A stretch of DNA of 59,103 nucleotides, the filler included. It is 8 parts of 8 records of this genome, joined end to end, with 100 filler letters (N's around TTAATTAATTAA, not from the genome) between each part and the next. Parts side by side here need not be neighbours in the genome. Positions count along the whole stretch, not along the records: positions 32,566 to 38,712 come from SRR31147125_29057; positions 38,813 to 44,360 come from SRR31147125_29062; 6 more parts are not named here. One strand, written 5' to 3'. How positions within the stretch are numbered: the first letter of the stretch is position 1; each line of letters starts with the position of its first letter. The position numbers and the translations under genes were made by a program. Positions 32,566 through 42,957 of this stretch are shown piece after piece. The notes under the pieces are model-generated. The model made no database searches. It was not told the origin of the DNA and saw only the letters and a list, made by a program, of their open reading frames with translations.

Positions 32566-33931
32566 TATTCTCTGTTGTTAATTTATACAGATAAATTCCG
32601 GAGGAAACAGACTGGTTATTATAATTTGTACCATCCCATATCATCACATGAGAGCCGGCAGAGAGATGTTGATCGGTCAAGGTTTTGATGAGCTCCCCTC
32701 TGATATTATAAATCGACACATTGGCACGGGCTGCCTGTGGCAATTCAAACTGAATAGTCGTCTGAGGATTAAAGGGATTTGGATAGTTTGACAGTGCATA
32801 TGATTCCGGAACGCTAACCTGTGAATCCATATCCACACTGGTAGCACCGCTATAATAATACGTGTATCGATAGGTTGTTACCCAATCTGCCAACAGCCAG
32901 GTAGAATAAATTTGCTGGTACAAATTGCCATTTTGGTAGATGTTTTCATATTTAGAACCGTCATAAATATCCCAACCATTAATATTCCAGGAATAGGAGA
33001 AGGATTCGGTCTCATTACCATTAGCATCCCAGGTAGTTGTTGTTCTTTCGGAATTAAGCCAGGATGAGCCATCCCATTGTTGCGTGATCGATTCCTCTTG
33101 ATTACTGTTTGCGTCATAAACATAGGTTTCTTTACTACTAAAAACCCAATCAGTGCCATTCCAGGTGGAATTGATCTCTTCAACAATCAAACCTTCCCCG
33201 TTATACGTCAAGACATCCCTTGCTTCATTAACCCAACCGGTTCCATACCAGATTTGATCGATTTCTTCAACTTGCGTGGCAGATAGTTGACCGTAATGGG
33301 CTTTTCTGAAATTTTCCCACTGTTGTGTTAACATATTCCAGCTTTCCATTAACGCTTCAGTAACAAATCCCGACGGATCATATGTCGCTGAAAATCTTAT
33401 CCCATATAAAACCATACATGATTCAGGATCTACTATTTGAGTGATTCCTTCAACAAGAAAACCATTACCATCATATGTAAAAGTACTACTGGCAGATGTT
33501 ATCCAGGCTCCGGATTCGCTATCATAAATTTCACTCACCATGGATGTGATTTGATTATTATTATTAAATGTTTGTGTCGTTCTGCTCACATCAACCCAGG
33601 CTTCATCTTCCCACTTTTTAGTATAATCAACTGTTATATTTCCAAAAGAGTCGTAGGAATATCCCCAAAATGTTTCATTTTTCCATCGATTTTCATCCCA
33701 CACTTCAACGAGTGTTTCAGTCACCTGGTCAGCACTGACTATGGCTGGTATCGTTTTTTTATTATCCAATTTTCTGGATAAGAACATTTTTGGAATTTGA
33801 GTCAATCCAGTCTTTTCCTGCAAAGCTTTAATGTGCCCGGCAGGGATTTTGACACTTGCCCCAAAAACCAAACCACTACTAAAACTAAAAACAAGCGCGA
33901 TAAGAATAAGTGTTTGTAACTTTGTTTTCAT
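32566..33931 (-). CDS. Secreted beta-hairpin repeat protein with C-terminal FlgD-Ig/T9SS-A-type sorting domain (3' truncated)
   Basis: Signal peptide; about 30-aa repeats (Y.YD..GN...E....W....W); 'SNYPNPFNPQTTIQFELP...IYNIRGELIKTL...WDG...SSGIYLYKL'. Confidence 0.85.
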
Positions 33932-34312
33932 ATTTTTTCTCCCTTTTGAATAGAACCTGATTGATATTCATCATCTTTTAATTTTCATAAAATCATACTA
34001 CCCCAGGTTAGAGATGGCCGTCTAACTCAATAAGGCCTCCCGGGTTATACGAGTAATTCAATTAAAATGTGTGATAAACAAATAATTAAAATGTAAAAAA
34101 GAAAGCAAATGCGGGTTGGATAGCTGGCTCATAGGAAATCAGCTTTTTACAGCCCCAAAAGCATCCACTAAAAATAATATTTATTTTAATTTATGCAAGA
34201 AAATTGAATAAAAATAATGACATTTATTCCCCGGGATATCACTTTGTAATGCGGTATCAATGCTGACTCTGTAAATAGTGGCAACCTTCTTTGTTACAAA
34301 GCAGTGCCTATA

Positions 34313-35544
34313 TCAGAACGTGATTTTATCATACTCAAATGTGTAGGTCTGGGTTCTGTCATTGGAAAAATCCCAATGTATTTTAACAATATTTCCATGA
34401 CCATCATATTGAAAAGTGAGTATGGCATCCATATTATTTTTATCTTTGTAAAAACCCTTTTTCAGTTTCCCCTTTTGGTCATATTCAAAAGTGATGGTTC
34501 CGGTTAACCAGGAATCCATATTGAAATAACAAGCTTTTGTTAAATTCATTTTTTCATTATATTCATATTGCTCACTGCCGGTGAGCCCATCCGAGCGTAC
34601 AAAAGATCTGCCTACGAGTCTACGATTTCCATTAAATTCATAATTAAATGTCGCCGTCAGTCCGTTTGAATAAGACCGTTGGGATTTTTTCAATATCCCA
34701 TTTTGATCATACTCGTATGTTGTTACTGTCTCTAATCCTTCCGAGCGTCTAAAGATCTTTTTTTCCAGTTTCCCTGATGTGTCATATTCGTAAAACGAAG
34801 GTCCTCCAACTTTGTTTGAATAATCATAATCTTCTTTGACAATTCGATAGGTGTGAGTGTTGGTCATAAATACATTTGATGATGTAAAACAAATAGGTAG
34901 CGTATTATCTAATCTTTCATATTCATAAATAAATGCTTGACTCCATTTGCCGGAAAAATCCCAATACTCTCTTTCCAGAAGTCCATAGTCATCATATGTG
35001 TAGGTGATGCTGCCAATATTCTTTCCTTCTTTTTCAAGGCTCGCTCTTATTTTACGACCCTTATCATCACAAACATAGTGAATCACGCCGTAAAACCAGC
35101 CGTTCAATCCCTGACAAATTGCTTTGGATAAAAAGCCATTTTCATCATATTCATAACGGGTTGTACCTTTAACACTGTCTGATCTGAAGAACTCTTCTTC
35201 CATTAAATGTCCATTTTCATCGTATTTGTATTCAAGAGAAGAAAATAATCCATCTGAAAATTCACGATATTTAAGAATCAATTGTCCATTTTTATCAAAT
35301 GTATGATAATTTACGGAACTCCGGCTGCCATCCAAAAGCCCCCAGAAAGCCTTGAACATCAATCCACTTTTATCGTATTCACATGTGGTCAGGCCTTTTT
35401 CTCCGCTGGTGTTCTCGTAATGCAGTTTGGTTAGTCTGAATTCAATTTTGTCCGGTTTGTTAATATCTTTTGCGGTTGTAGATATGGACAGGATTAAAAA
35501 AAGAAAATAAATATCAGAGGTAAAAAATCTTTATGTTTTCTCAT
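34313..35544 (-). CDS. Secreted YD/Rhs-like repeat protein with two internally duplicated halves; frameshift near 35496-35502
   Basis: Repeated YEYD..G motifs. ATG at 35544 with a signal peptide joins ORF 34313-35362 if one T is added to the T7 run. Confidence 0.7.
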
Positions 35545-35678
35545 TTTCCCGAAAACTCCTCATGCTGATGAATGTTAACATCAAGATATTTTTAATAATG
35601 TGAGGGATAGAACAAGAGGAGTTTACGATATAAATATTTACAAGTTACATCAATAACTCAGAAAATGTTTAAAATGAA

Positions 35679-36434
35679 CTATTTACTCTTTTCCAACAAC
35701 TCAATCGTATGCTCTACCAATACCATATCCCCATGCTGACCATGCCCGGGTATCACAATGGCATTAGCCGGAAATTTCTTTAACAGCTTTTTTAACGTAA
35801 ATGGCCATTGCTGCAGGTCCGCATCACCTGTGAAACCGAGACCCCTCGCAGCCAGAGTTTTAACCATACATCCGGCAAATAATACTTTGTCAGCCGGTAT
35901 CCATACAACGATATTATCTGTGGTATGCCCGGCGCCCAAATAGTAGCAGTAAACTTTTTTGTCCCCCAATTCCAGTGCCAGCGAATCCTGAAAAACAATA
36001 TCAGGCACAGGCAAATCTTTTGATTTAGCGATCTCTCGAGTCAACTTGTTGGCATAGGAAGTAATACCTCTTTTTTTAACAGCTTTCAAGCCACCCATAC
36101 AGTCAACATGCCAGTGATTAACAATCACGCCTTTAATCTCTGTTTTCAGACTGTCTTCCAGCCAATTTATAAGGTTTTCGGTTTGAGTATTTTCCCATGG
36201 CGTATCAATAATAAATGCTTTTCCATTTTCTATATACACCAGGCCATTGGCAGGTACATGTTTATAATTTTCAAAATCACCGTAGGAAACATGGATAAAG
36301 ACATTCTTTGATAGTTGTTTCAACTCCAGATCATCTGAAATTTTTATGATTTTTTCCTGACTAAAACTTGAATTTGATACAAGCACGAAAAGTAATAACG
36401 TTATGACACCTATAAATAATAAAAACCTTTTCAT
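35679..36434 (-). CDS. bla: Subclass B1 metallo-beta-lactamase, CfiA/CcrA-like
   Basis: Signal peptide; ANG..., IDTPW, NHWHVDCMGG (H116/H118/D120), GAGHTTDN (H196), AGCMVK (C221/K224), PGHG (H263). Confidence 0.88.
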   Translation of the reverse strand: MKRFLLFIGVITLLLFVLVSNSSFSQEKIIKISDDLELKQLSKNVFIHVSYGDFENYKHVPANGLVYIENGKAFIIDTPWENTQTENLINWLEDSLKTEIKGVIVNHWHVDCMGGLKAVKKRGITSYANKLTREIAKSKDLPVPDIVFQDSLALELGDKKVYCYYLGAGHTTDNIVVWIPADKVLFAGCMVKTLAARGLGFTGDADLQQWPFTLKKLLKKFPANAIVIPGHGQHGDMVLVEHTIELLEKSK

Positions 36435-36436
36435 TC

Positions 36437-37426
36437 TCAACTCCCGGAATATTTATATACCTTACCATCACTGGTAATAAACCAGCCCAGCATAAAATTT
36501 TTCATGTACAAATCCCGAATAAACCCTTCATCCTCTAATTGCAGTTCCAAAGACCACATACAGCCGCCATCCGTGGAATGATATATTTTCGTAATTTCGG
36601 TTAACCACCCATTGTTTTTATCCACAAAGTTAATATTACGCAAGGAAGTCTCAGGAAATGTCGATACTTTTTCCCAGGACTCTCCGCCATTTTTTGTATA
36701 ATACAATGATACATTTTCATGCCACATGGAACTGGGTCCCCAATCCTCAGAATACCACCCATGATTCTCATCTATAAAAAAAATATCACCAGAAAAGTCT
36801 CCTGGTAATGAAAAAGAACTCCAGCTTAATCCCCCATTCTTTGTCTTTTTTAACTCGTTGCCCCCAAACCTTAAGGCAAACCCGTCATTTTTAGAGGGAA
36901 AATAAAGCCAGGAATACCCCCATTGATCGAGCTTTGATTTGATATTCCAGGTCTCACCCCTATCTGTTGAACAGAATATGTCACCATAATTTGAAATAAA
37001 CCATACATTGCCTTCTCTATCTGCATGCAAACTCGAATATATTGTTGAACTATCACTATTAACATGGCGAGTTTTCCATGTTTTACCGCCATCTCTTGTT
37101 GATATCAATGTATTATTATTTCCGACAGCAAAACCTCTATTAAAATCTATAAAATATACAGAATACAATTTACTATCCGTACCACTATTTTGATTTTCCC
37201 ATGTAAAGCCACCATCTGTCGAATGTTTAATCAATCCATTATCACCTACAATCCAGCCATGATGCGAGTCTATGAAATAAATCTTGTTCAACCCACCAAC
37301 CAGATCTGCCGTTTCTTTCCAAATGCCGGAGGCTGTTGGACTGTATGGATCTTTGGATTTATCACATTTTAAACTCGTGACAAGGATTAAAAACAGAATA
37401 ATTGTACTGGTCAATTTCATTTTCAT
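36437..37426 (-). CDS. YCF48/BNR-repeat beta-propeller lipoprotein, paralog 2
   Basis: Repeats of F.D...GW.VG..G.I..S.DGG.TW; Cys after the signal peptide. Confidence 0.85.
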   Translation of the reverse strand: MKMKLTSTIILFLILVTSLKCDKSKDPYSPTASGIWKETADLVGGLNKIYFIDSHHGWIVGDNGLIKHSTDGGFTWENQNSGTDSKLYSVYFIDFNRGFAVGNNNTLISTRDGGKTWKTRHVNSDSSTIYSSLHADREGNVWFISNYGDIFCSTDRGETWNIKSKLDQWGYSWLYFPSKNDGFALRFGGNELKKTKNGGLSWSSFSLPGDFSGDIFFIDENHGWYSEDWGPSSMWHENVSLYYTKNGGESWEKVSTFPETSLRNINFVDKNNGWLTEITKIYHSTDGGCMWSLELQLEDEGFIRDLYMKNFMLGWFITSDGKVYKYSGS

Positions 37427-37595
37427 GAGAATACCCCTTAAATTTATTGTACCCCAAAACTGTCAGTCAACAAAAAATCATTATCCTATATTTATAATAC
37501 ATTAAAATATAGTTTGGGAGAAATAAAAGTCTCGTTTTTTTAGCAACATAACAGTTTTATAACTGAATTGCACTATCATGCACAAATTCCCGACA

Positions 37596-38609
37596 TTAGC
37601 TTCCCGAATATTTAAAAATAGTACCATTACTCGTTAACGCCCATCCAAGCATAACGTTCTTCACACATAAATCCCGAACATAGTTCTCAACCCCGGTCAC
37701 CAGTTCCAGAGACCAGGAAAATCCGCCATCGTTTGTATGAAAGATTTTATTGGCCTGAGTCAACCAGCCATTATTTTGATCTATAAATACAATTTTCTGG
37801 AGATTATAATCCGAAAACGTGGATCTTTTTTGCCACGACTCTCCGCCATTGTCCGTATAATATAATGAAAAAGTATCATGCATCATTGCATCGAGTGGAA
37901 ATCCCTCGATAAACCAACCGTGCCTCTCATCAATGAAACAGATATCACCGGTAAAATTGCTGGGAAATGAAAACGTACGCCATGAAAGACCACCATTTGT
38001 TGTTTTTTTAACCTCATTGCCGGCAGATCGCATGGAAAAACCAATGGATTTGTTATAGAAATAGAGGTAGGAATACCCCCATTGATCGAGATTTACACGG
38101 CGTTCCCAGGTTTCTCCCTCATCAGTGGAGCAAAATATATCACCATAATTTGAAATAAACCATATATTCCCGTCTCTGTCTGCATGCAGGCTCGAGAATA
38201 TTGTTGAACTGTCACTATTAACAAGGACAGTTTTCCATGTAAAACCGCCATCCTTTGTTGTGAGCAATGTATTATTATTCCCGGCAACAAAACCTTTATT
38301 ATAATCTATAAAAAAAACAGAATACAATTTGCTATCCGTACCGCTATTTTGATTTTCCCATGTCGAACCACCATCCTTTGAATGTTTTATCTGACCGTTA
38401 TCCCCAACAACCCAGCCATGCTGCGAGTCTACAAAAAAGATCTCATTTAACCCGCTATAGTATGGTGAAACAATCTGCCCGGCATTAATGGTTGCAACAG
38501 GCCGCCAATGTCCTGCGGCTGAAGGACTAAACGGATCTTTGGATTTTTCACAACTAAAAATGGTCAAAAGTAACAGGAAGAGAAAAATTATAATAACACT
38601 TTTTGACAT
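37596..38609 (-). CDS. YCF48/BNR-repeat beta-propeller lipoprotein, paralog 1
   Basis: Same repeats, lipobox IFSC; long identical stretches shared with paralog 2 (TWENQNSGTDSKLYSV, WFISNYGDIFCSTD). Confidence 0.85.
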   Translation of the reverse strand: MSKSVIIIFLFLLLLTIFSCEKSKDPFSPSAAGHWRPVATINAGQIVSPYYSGLNEIFFVDSQHGWVVGDNGQIKHSKDGGSTWENQNSGTDSKLYSVFFIDYNKGFVAGNNNTLLTTKDGGFTWKTVLVNSDSSTIFSSLHADRDGNIWFISNYGDIFCSTDEGETWERRVNLDQWGYSYLYFYNKSIGFSMRSAGNEVKKTTNGGLSWRTFSFPSNFTGDICFIDERHGWFIEGFPLDAMMHDTFSLYYTDNGGESWQKRSTFSDYNLQKIVFIDQNNGWLTQANKIFHTNDGGFSWSLELVTGVENYVRDLCVKNVMLGWALTSNGTIFKYSGS

Positions 38610-38712
38610 GTTCCTACCCCTTTCTGGTGTAACATTGCATTAGAAAGATTTTTTCATCAGGCTTGCCTGAGGTTTAAAATAATTTATACGCTTAAACGCT
38701 TAGGACAGTAAA

Positions 38713-38812
38713 NNNNNNNNNNNNNNNNNNNNNNNNNNNNNNNNNNNNNNNNNNNNTTAATTAATTAANNNNNNNNNNNNNNNNNNNNNNNNNNNNNNNN
38801 NNNNNNNNNNNN
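38713..38812. other. Artificial contig spacer
   Basis: N-run with linker. Confidence 0.98.
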
Positions 38813-40222
38813 TTAGTAAGCGGTGTTGTTGAAGATTATATGGTTCAGCGCGCCGCTTCTGGGTATATAGAATCAGTCCAGAATTACTCTGTAAGAGCAG
38901 CTACGCTTTTATCCAAATCAGACTCAGAAAGTCTGTATCAGTTAGCCAAGGAAGTAGGAGCTGAATTTGGAGGGCGAGTAATGATTACAGACAGCAGGGC
39001 TATAGTTCAGGTAGACAGCTTTTCCACACTAAATGGTGAGAAACTTGACCAATCTGAAATCTTAACTGTTTTAAGCAGATCTGGCGATGCAGAAGTAGGG
39101 TATCATTTACTTGAAGGTACAAGCGGCAGAACTTCACTTTATCCCAACAATTTATGGGGCGAAATGCAGCGCATTTCAGGCAAATCCAAAAAAGGACATG
39201 AGTGGGTTATGTACTGTGCTATTCCTATTGTTTCAGAATCACAAATTAAAGGTTCCTTGATATTAAGTGTTAGCATAGAGACAATCGTTGAACAAACGGC
39301 ATTAATCAGATGGCAGATGCTTAGCGTAATTTTAATTACGGGCATTATAATGCTTATTATTAGCGGATTTATATCTGGAGCGATGATTCGACCTATAAAA
39401 GATTTAACACAAGGTATTATAAGGATAAGTCAGGGAGATTTTAGGCATAGAGTATCAATTGATGGTAGATCAGAGCTTGCATTGATGGCAAAAACTTTTA
39501 ATGATATGACACAAAGACTTGAAGATATTGATCGAACGCGAAATGAATTTGTTGCTAATGCATCTCATGAATTAAAAACTCCAATGGCTTCAATAAAAGT
39601 GCTTGTGGAGACGCTTCAGCATCAAAAAGTGTTTGATAAAAACATGACATCTGAATTTTTAAATGATATTAATAGTGAAATTAACAGATTAAATGTAATG
39701 ATTAATGAGCTTTTAACTTTAGTAAGGCAGGACGAGGAAGGAAAGAATGTACTTCGCTCTACATTATTTGATTTTTCAGAGCTTGTGGGTGATGTATGTA
39801 AAAAATTACAACCATTGGCTGAAAAAAGAAAGATAAAGCTAATTAAAAATTTAAATGGTCTATGTGAAATGTATGCTGATATTCCGCTTATTGAAAGAGT
39901 GTGCATTAATATTATAGAAAATGCCATTAAATATACAAAAGATAATGGGCAGGTAACAGTAAGCTTAGCCGAAAGTAATGATAATTATAAATTGATAATT
40001 GAAGATACAGGAGTTGGAATACCAAAAGATGAACTTCCATATATATTTGACAGATTTTACAGGGTGGACAAAGCAAGGGCAAGAGAAACTGGCGGCAGCG
40101 GCTTGGGATTATCTATAGTAAAATCAATAATAAGACTACACGAAGGCGAAATCTATGTAGATTCTGAAATTGATTCAGGTACAAGGTTTACAGTTATTTT
40201 GCCAAATGGGATAAATGAATAG
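38813..40222 (+). CDS. HAMP-domain sensor histidine kinase (WalK/PhoR-like), 5' truncated
   Basis: The frame is open from the contig edge; TM, HAMP, ANASHELKTP, NIIENAIKY, DTGVGI, FYRVDKARARETGGSGLGL. Confidence 0.93.
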   Translation, partial: LVSGVVEDYMVQRAASGYIESVQNYSVRAATLLSKSDSESLYQLAKEVGAEFGGRVMITDSRAIVQVDSFSTLNGEKLDQSEILTVLSRSGDAEVGYHLLEGTSGRTSLYPNNLWGEMQRISGKSKKGHEWVMYCAIPIVSESQIKGSLILSVSIETIVEQTALIRWQMLSVILITGIIMLIISGFISGAMIRPIKDLTQGIIRISQGDFRHRVSIDGRSELALMAKTFNDMTQRLEDIDRTRNEFVANASHELKTPMASIKVLVETLQHQKVFDKNMTSEFLNDINSEINRLNVMINELLTLVRQDEEGKNVLRSTLFDFSELVGDVCKKLQPLAEKRKIKLIKNLNGLCEMYADIPLIERVCINIIENAIKYTKDNGQVTVSLAESNDNYKLIIEDTGVGIPKDELPYIFDRFYRVDKARARETGGSGLGLSIVKSIIRLHEGEIYVDSEIDSGTRFTVILPNGINE

Positions 40223-41219
40223 GTACTGCATTATGATGAAAACAAATAGAATTTTTATAGTATTAATAGTAATAATCTTAATTACAGGATTATTTGCTAG
40301 TTGCTCACCATTAATAAATGATGACAACACAGAAGAATACATTCCTCTTTTTCCTGCTGATACCAGTGAGGCTCAGGCAAAAGAATATATGCTGTATTTC
40401 CAGCTTGACGGTGATAGTTATCTTGCTCCAGAGATAAGAACCTTAACTATTTCTGAAAGTAAAAGTGTTGAAGAAACATTGATAAGAGAGCTTATAAAAG
40501 GAATGCAGATGGAAACTCAAACAACATTATTGCAAATATTAATGAAAATACTAGAATAATTTCCGTAACAGGAAATGAAGATGTACTATTTGTTTCATTA
40601 AGTAAACAATTTTTAACTCCTCCTGAAGGGTTAGGTACTGATATAGAAGATGAGCAGGAATATAATGATTTAGTACTAAATACAAGAAAAATGGCACTTT
40701 ATTCAATTGTAAATACAGTGACAGAACTTGGAAAGATACTCTTTTGTTCAATTTAGTATTGATTATGATAATAATGGAACAGGAACAAGACCTACTAAAA
40801 AAGAGATGGGATTTATAGGGGAGGGTGAGGTTCAGGTTATTGAGCCGCTTTATAGAAATACTGATTTGATTTTTTCTCCTGTATCATCAATAAATACAAT
40901 AATGAATGCAGTGAGTGAAAAAAACTGGAATAAAGTATTAACATATACTAGCATTACAGAGGATTATGATGATAATATTGAAGAATTAGTAAGGCAATTT
41001 GAATTAAGTGATCTTTCTCTTTTAGAATACAATATAAGCAGCGATACGGTATCATTAAATGGTAAATCAGCCATAATAGTTATATCATATACTTTTGCAG
41101 CTACAGATGGTACAACAAATTTAAAGAATAACATTTCAGTAAAGATGGTTTTAGAGGATGGAATTTGGAAATGCTCTTTAACCTCGTTAAATCAAATTCT
41201 GCTTGGTGAATATGTATGA
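40215..41219 (+). CDS. GerMN-domain lipoprotein with two compensating frameshifts
   Basis: ORFs 40215-40559 and 40728-41219 share a frame. The GerMN core (NENTRIISV...LFVSLSKQF...ALYSIVNTVTELG) is in a shifted frame between about 40502 and 40733. Lipobox FASC. Confidence 0.75.
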
Positions 41220-42649
41220 AAAGTGCATGGAAAATAATTTTACTTTTTATAATATTAACTCTATTTTCCAGCTGTACTAGAACAGTAAATATTCAGCCTA
41301 TTGAGTTAGAAAATAGTACTGTTGGTCAGCTATATAACATGAAAAGCGACTTTATAAATACAAAGACAGTTACTTTGTATTATCCTGATTTAAACTATGA
41401 GAATCTTTTAAGAATTGTTAAAGAGGTGAATATACTGCAAAGCGGCAGTGAAGTAAAAGTAATTGCAAACAAATTATTGAGTACTGATTTACAAGAAGAA
41501 GACAATTATATAGTTCCTTTTAATAATACTATAGCTATCGGATACTTAATAGTTAGCAGAAATTTAGCAACTGTTAACTTGATAGGAGATTTTAGCATTT
41601 TTAATGAGAAGCAGATTTTCTGCGGTATCGTATCAATAGTGAATACAATTTGTGAATTAAACAGTATTGATTATGTAGAAGTATTGTTAAATGGCGAACA
41701 GCTAATAAGCAGAGGTTTGCTGGTTAACCCTTTATCATCTATGGATTCATCATTACACCTTATGTATCTGGATCATATAAACATTATTGATAATGAAGAA
41801 AGAAAAATAGTAAGAGATAAAAGTATATTATATTTTTTAGATAGAAACTCTAATTTTCTAATATCTGAAATTAGTAATGTTGCAGTTAGTAAAGAAAATG
41901 CAGTGGAAGACTTATTTAAACTATTAAAAAACGAGCCTGATTATGCAAGCGGTACTCAATCCTGTATTCCTCAAAGCGTTTTAATGCCTGCTGATGCGGT
42001 ATTTTCAACAGAAGATGAACAGAACATATTAACATTACGATTGGAGTCTCATAAACTTGAAATAATGGACAATAAAACTCGTTATATGATGTGCGGAGGA
42101 ATTACACTAACACTTCTAAGTTATTATGATAATATAAATGCATTAAGAATATTAATAAACGGTCAACCTGCATTGGAGGAAATTCTTCTAACAAAAGATA
42201 TGTTCATTGAAAATATTGGTCAGATAGTCGCAGTTTATATGCCTGATCGGGATTTAGATTATTTAATGAAAATTGACTTTGCGATGAATCAGAGTAGATA
42301 TAATAGCCCTAATGAAAGAGTACGAGAAATAATTTTAGCAGATACTGATTATAGAGCAAATACTGCAAAAATAATACCCGAAAACATACAAGAAGAGGAT
42401 ATTTTATCTGTATTTGTGCATGATTCGCGATGTGTTGTAAATATATCTGAAAATTTGTATAATACAATAAGCGAATTGTCCTATAGCAATAGAAAAATGT
42501 TTATTTATGCTATAGTCAATACATTGACAGAGTTTGAAAATATAAGCAGTGTACAGTTTTTAGTTGAAGGAATTATATATGAAAAGCTAGGAGAAAGCCT
42601 TTATATAGAGACTCCTATGCTTAGTAACCCTGGTCTAATTTATGATTAG
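41216..42649 (+). CDS. Multi-GerMN-domain lipoprotein
   Basis: Lipobox FSSC; 'SIVNTICEL..IDYVEVLLNG' and 'YAIVNTLTEFENISSVQFLVEG'. Confidence 0.85.
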   Translation: MKSAWKIILLFIILTLFSSCTRTVNIQPIELENSTVGQLYNMKSDFINTKTVTLYYPDLNYENLLRIVKEVNILQSGSEVKVIANKLLSTDLQEEDNYIVPFNNTIAIGYLIVSRNLATVNLIGDFSIFNEKQIFCGIVSIVNTICELNSIDYVEVLLNGEQLISRGLLVNPLSSMDSSLHLMYLDHINIIDNEERKIVRDKSILYFLDRNSNFLISEISNVAVSKENAVEDLFKLLKNEPDYASGTQSCIPQSVLMPADAVFSTEDEQNILTLRLESHKLEIMDNKTRYMMCGGITLTLLSYYDNINALRILINGQPALEEILLTKDMFIENIGQIVAVYMPDRDLDYLMKIDFAMNQSRYNSPNERVREIILADTDYRANTAKIIPENIQEEDILSVFVHDSRCVVNISENLYNTISELSYSNRKMFIYAIVNTLTEFENISSVQFLVEGIIYEKLGESLYIETPMLSNPGLIYD

Positions 42650-42733
42650 TAGTAGTTATTAACTATTTTTCTTCTATTTTTTTAATAAGTCAGCATGAAT
42701 TGTTAATTTAATTCGAACTTTTTAAATAATTTG

Positions 42734-42762
42734 TTGATTTATATATACAAATATTGTATACT
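42734..42762 (+). promoter_or_regulatory. Sigma70/SigA promoter
   Basis: TTGATT-N17-TATACT. Confidence 0.6.
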
Positions 42763-42957
42763 TTCACTAAGTTGCACTATGTTACAATAACGTAAACGTA
42801 TATATGCAGAATTCATATGCTTGTTTTACAGTTTGTTTAGTTGTTGCATATGTACTTGAGGTTTTTTGGGCGTATTTGAATATGTTATTTTTATTAGTAA
42901 ATCATTGTATAAAAAATATACATGCAAGTACATAAAATTAAAAAGGGGGACAAGTAT

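Noticed and set aside
34045-34160. Purine riboswitch (ACTCGTATAA start) or c-di-GMP-I riboswitch (CTATGAGCCAGCT) on the minus strand
   Set aside because: Only isolated words match. The core elements (ATATGG/TTTCTACC; GGCAAA...GAAA...GCAAA) are absent. Kept only as an unassigned structure.
33932-38712. Integron cassette array (co-oriented accessory genes including a beta-lactamase)
   Set aside because: I found no recurring attC-like RYYYAAC...GTTRRRY palindromes between the genes and no integrase, and one gene pair has only a 2-bp gap.
40495-40740. Programmed ribosomal frameshifting in the GerMN gene
   Set aside because: Two compensating indels in short A-runs, with similar errors in other fragments, point to sequencing error.
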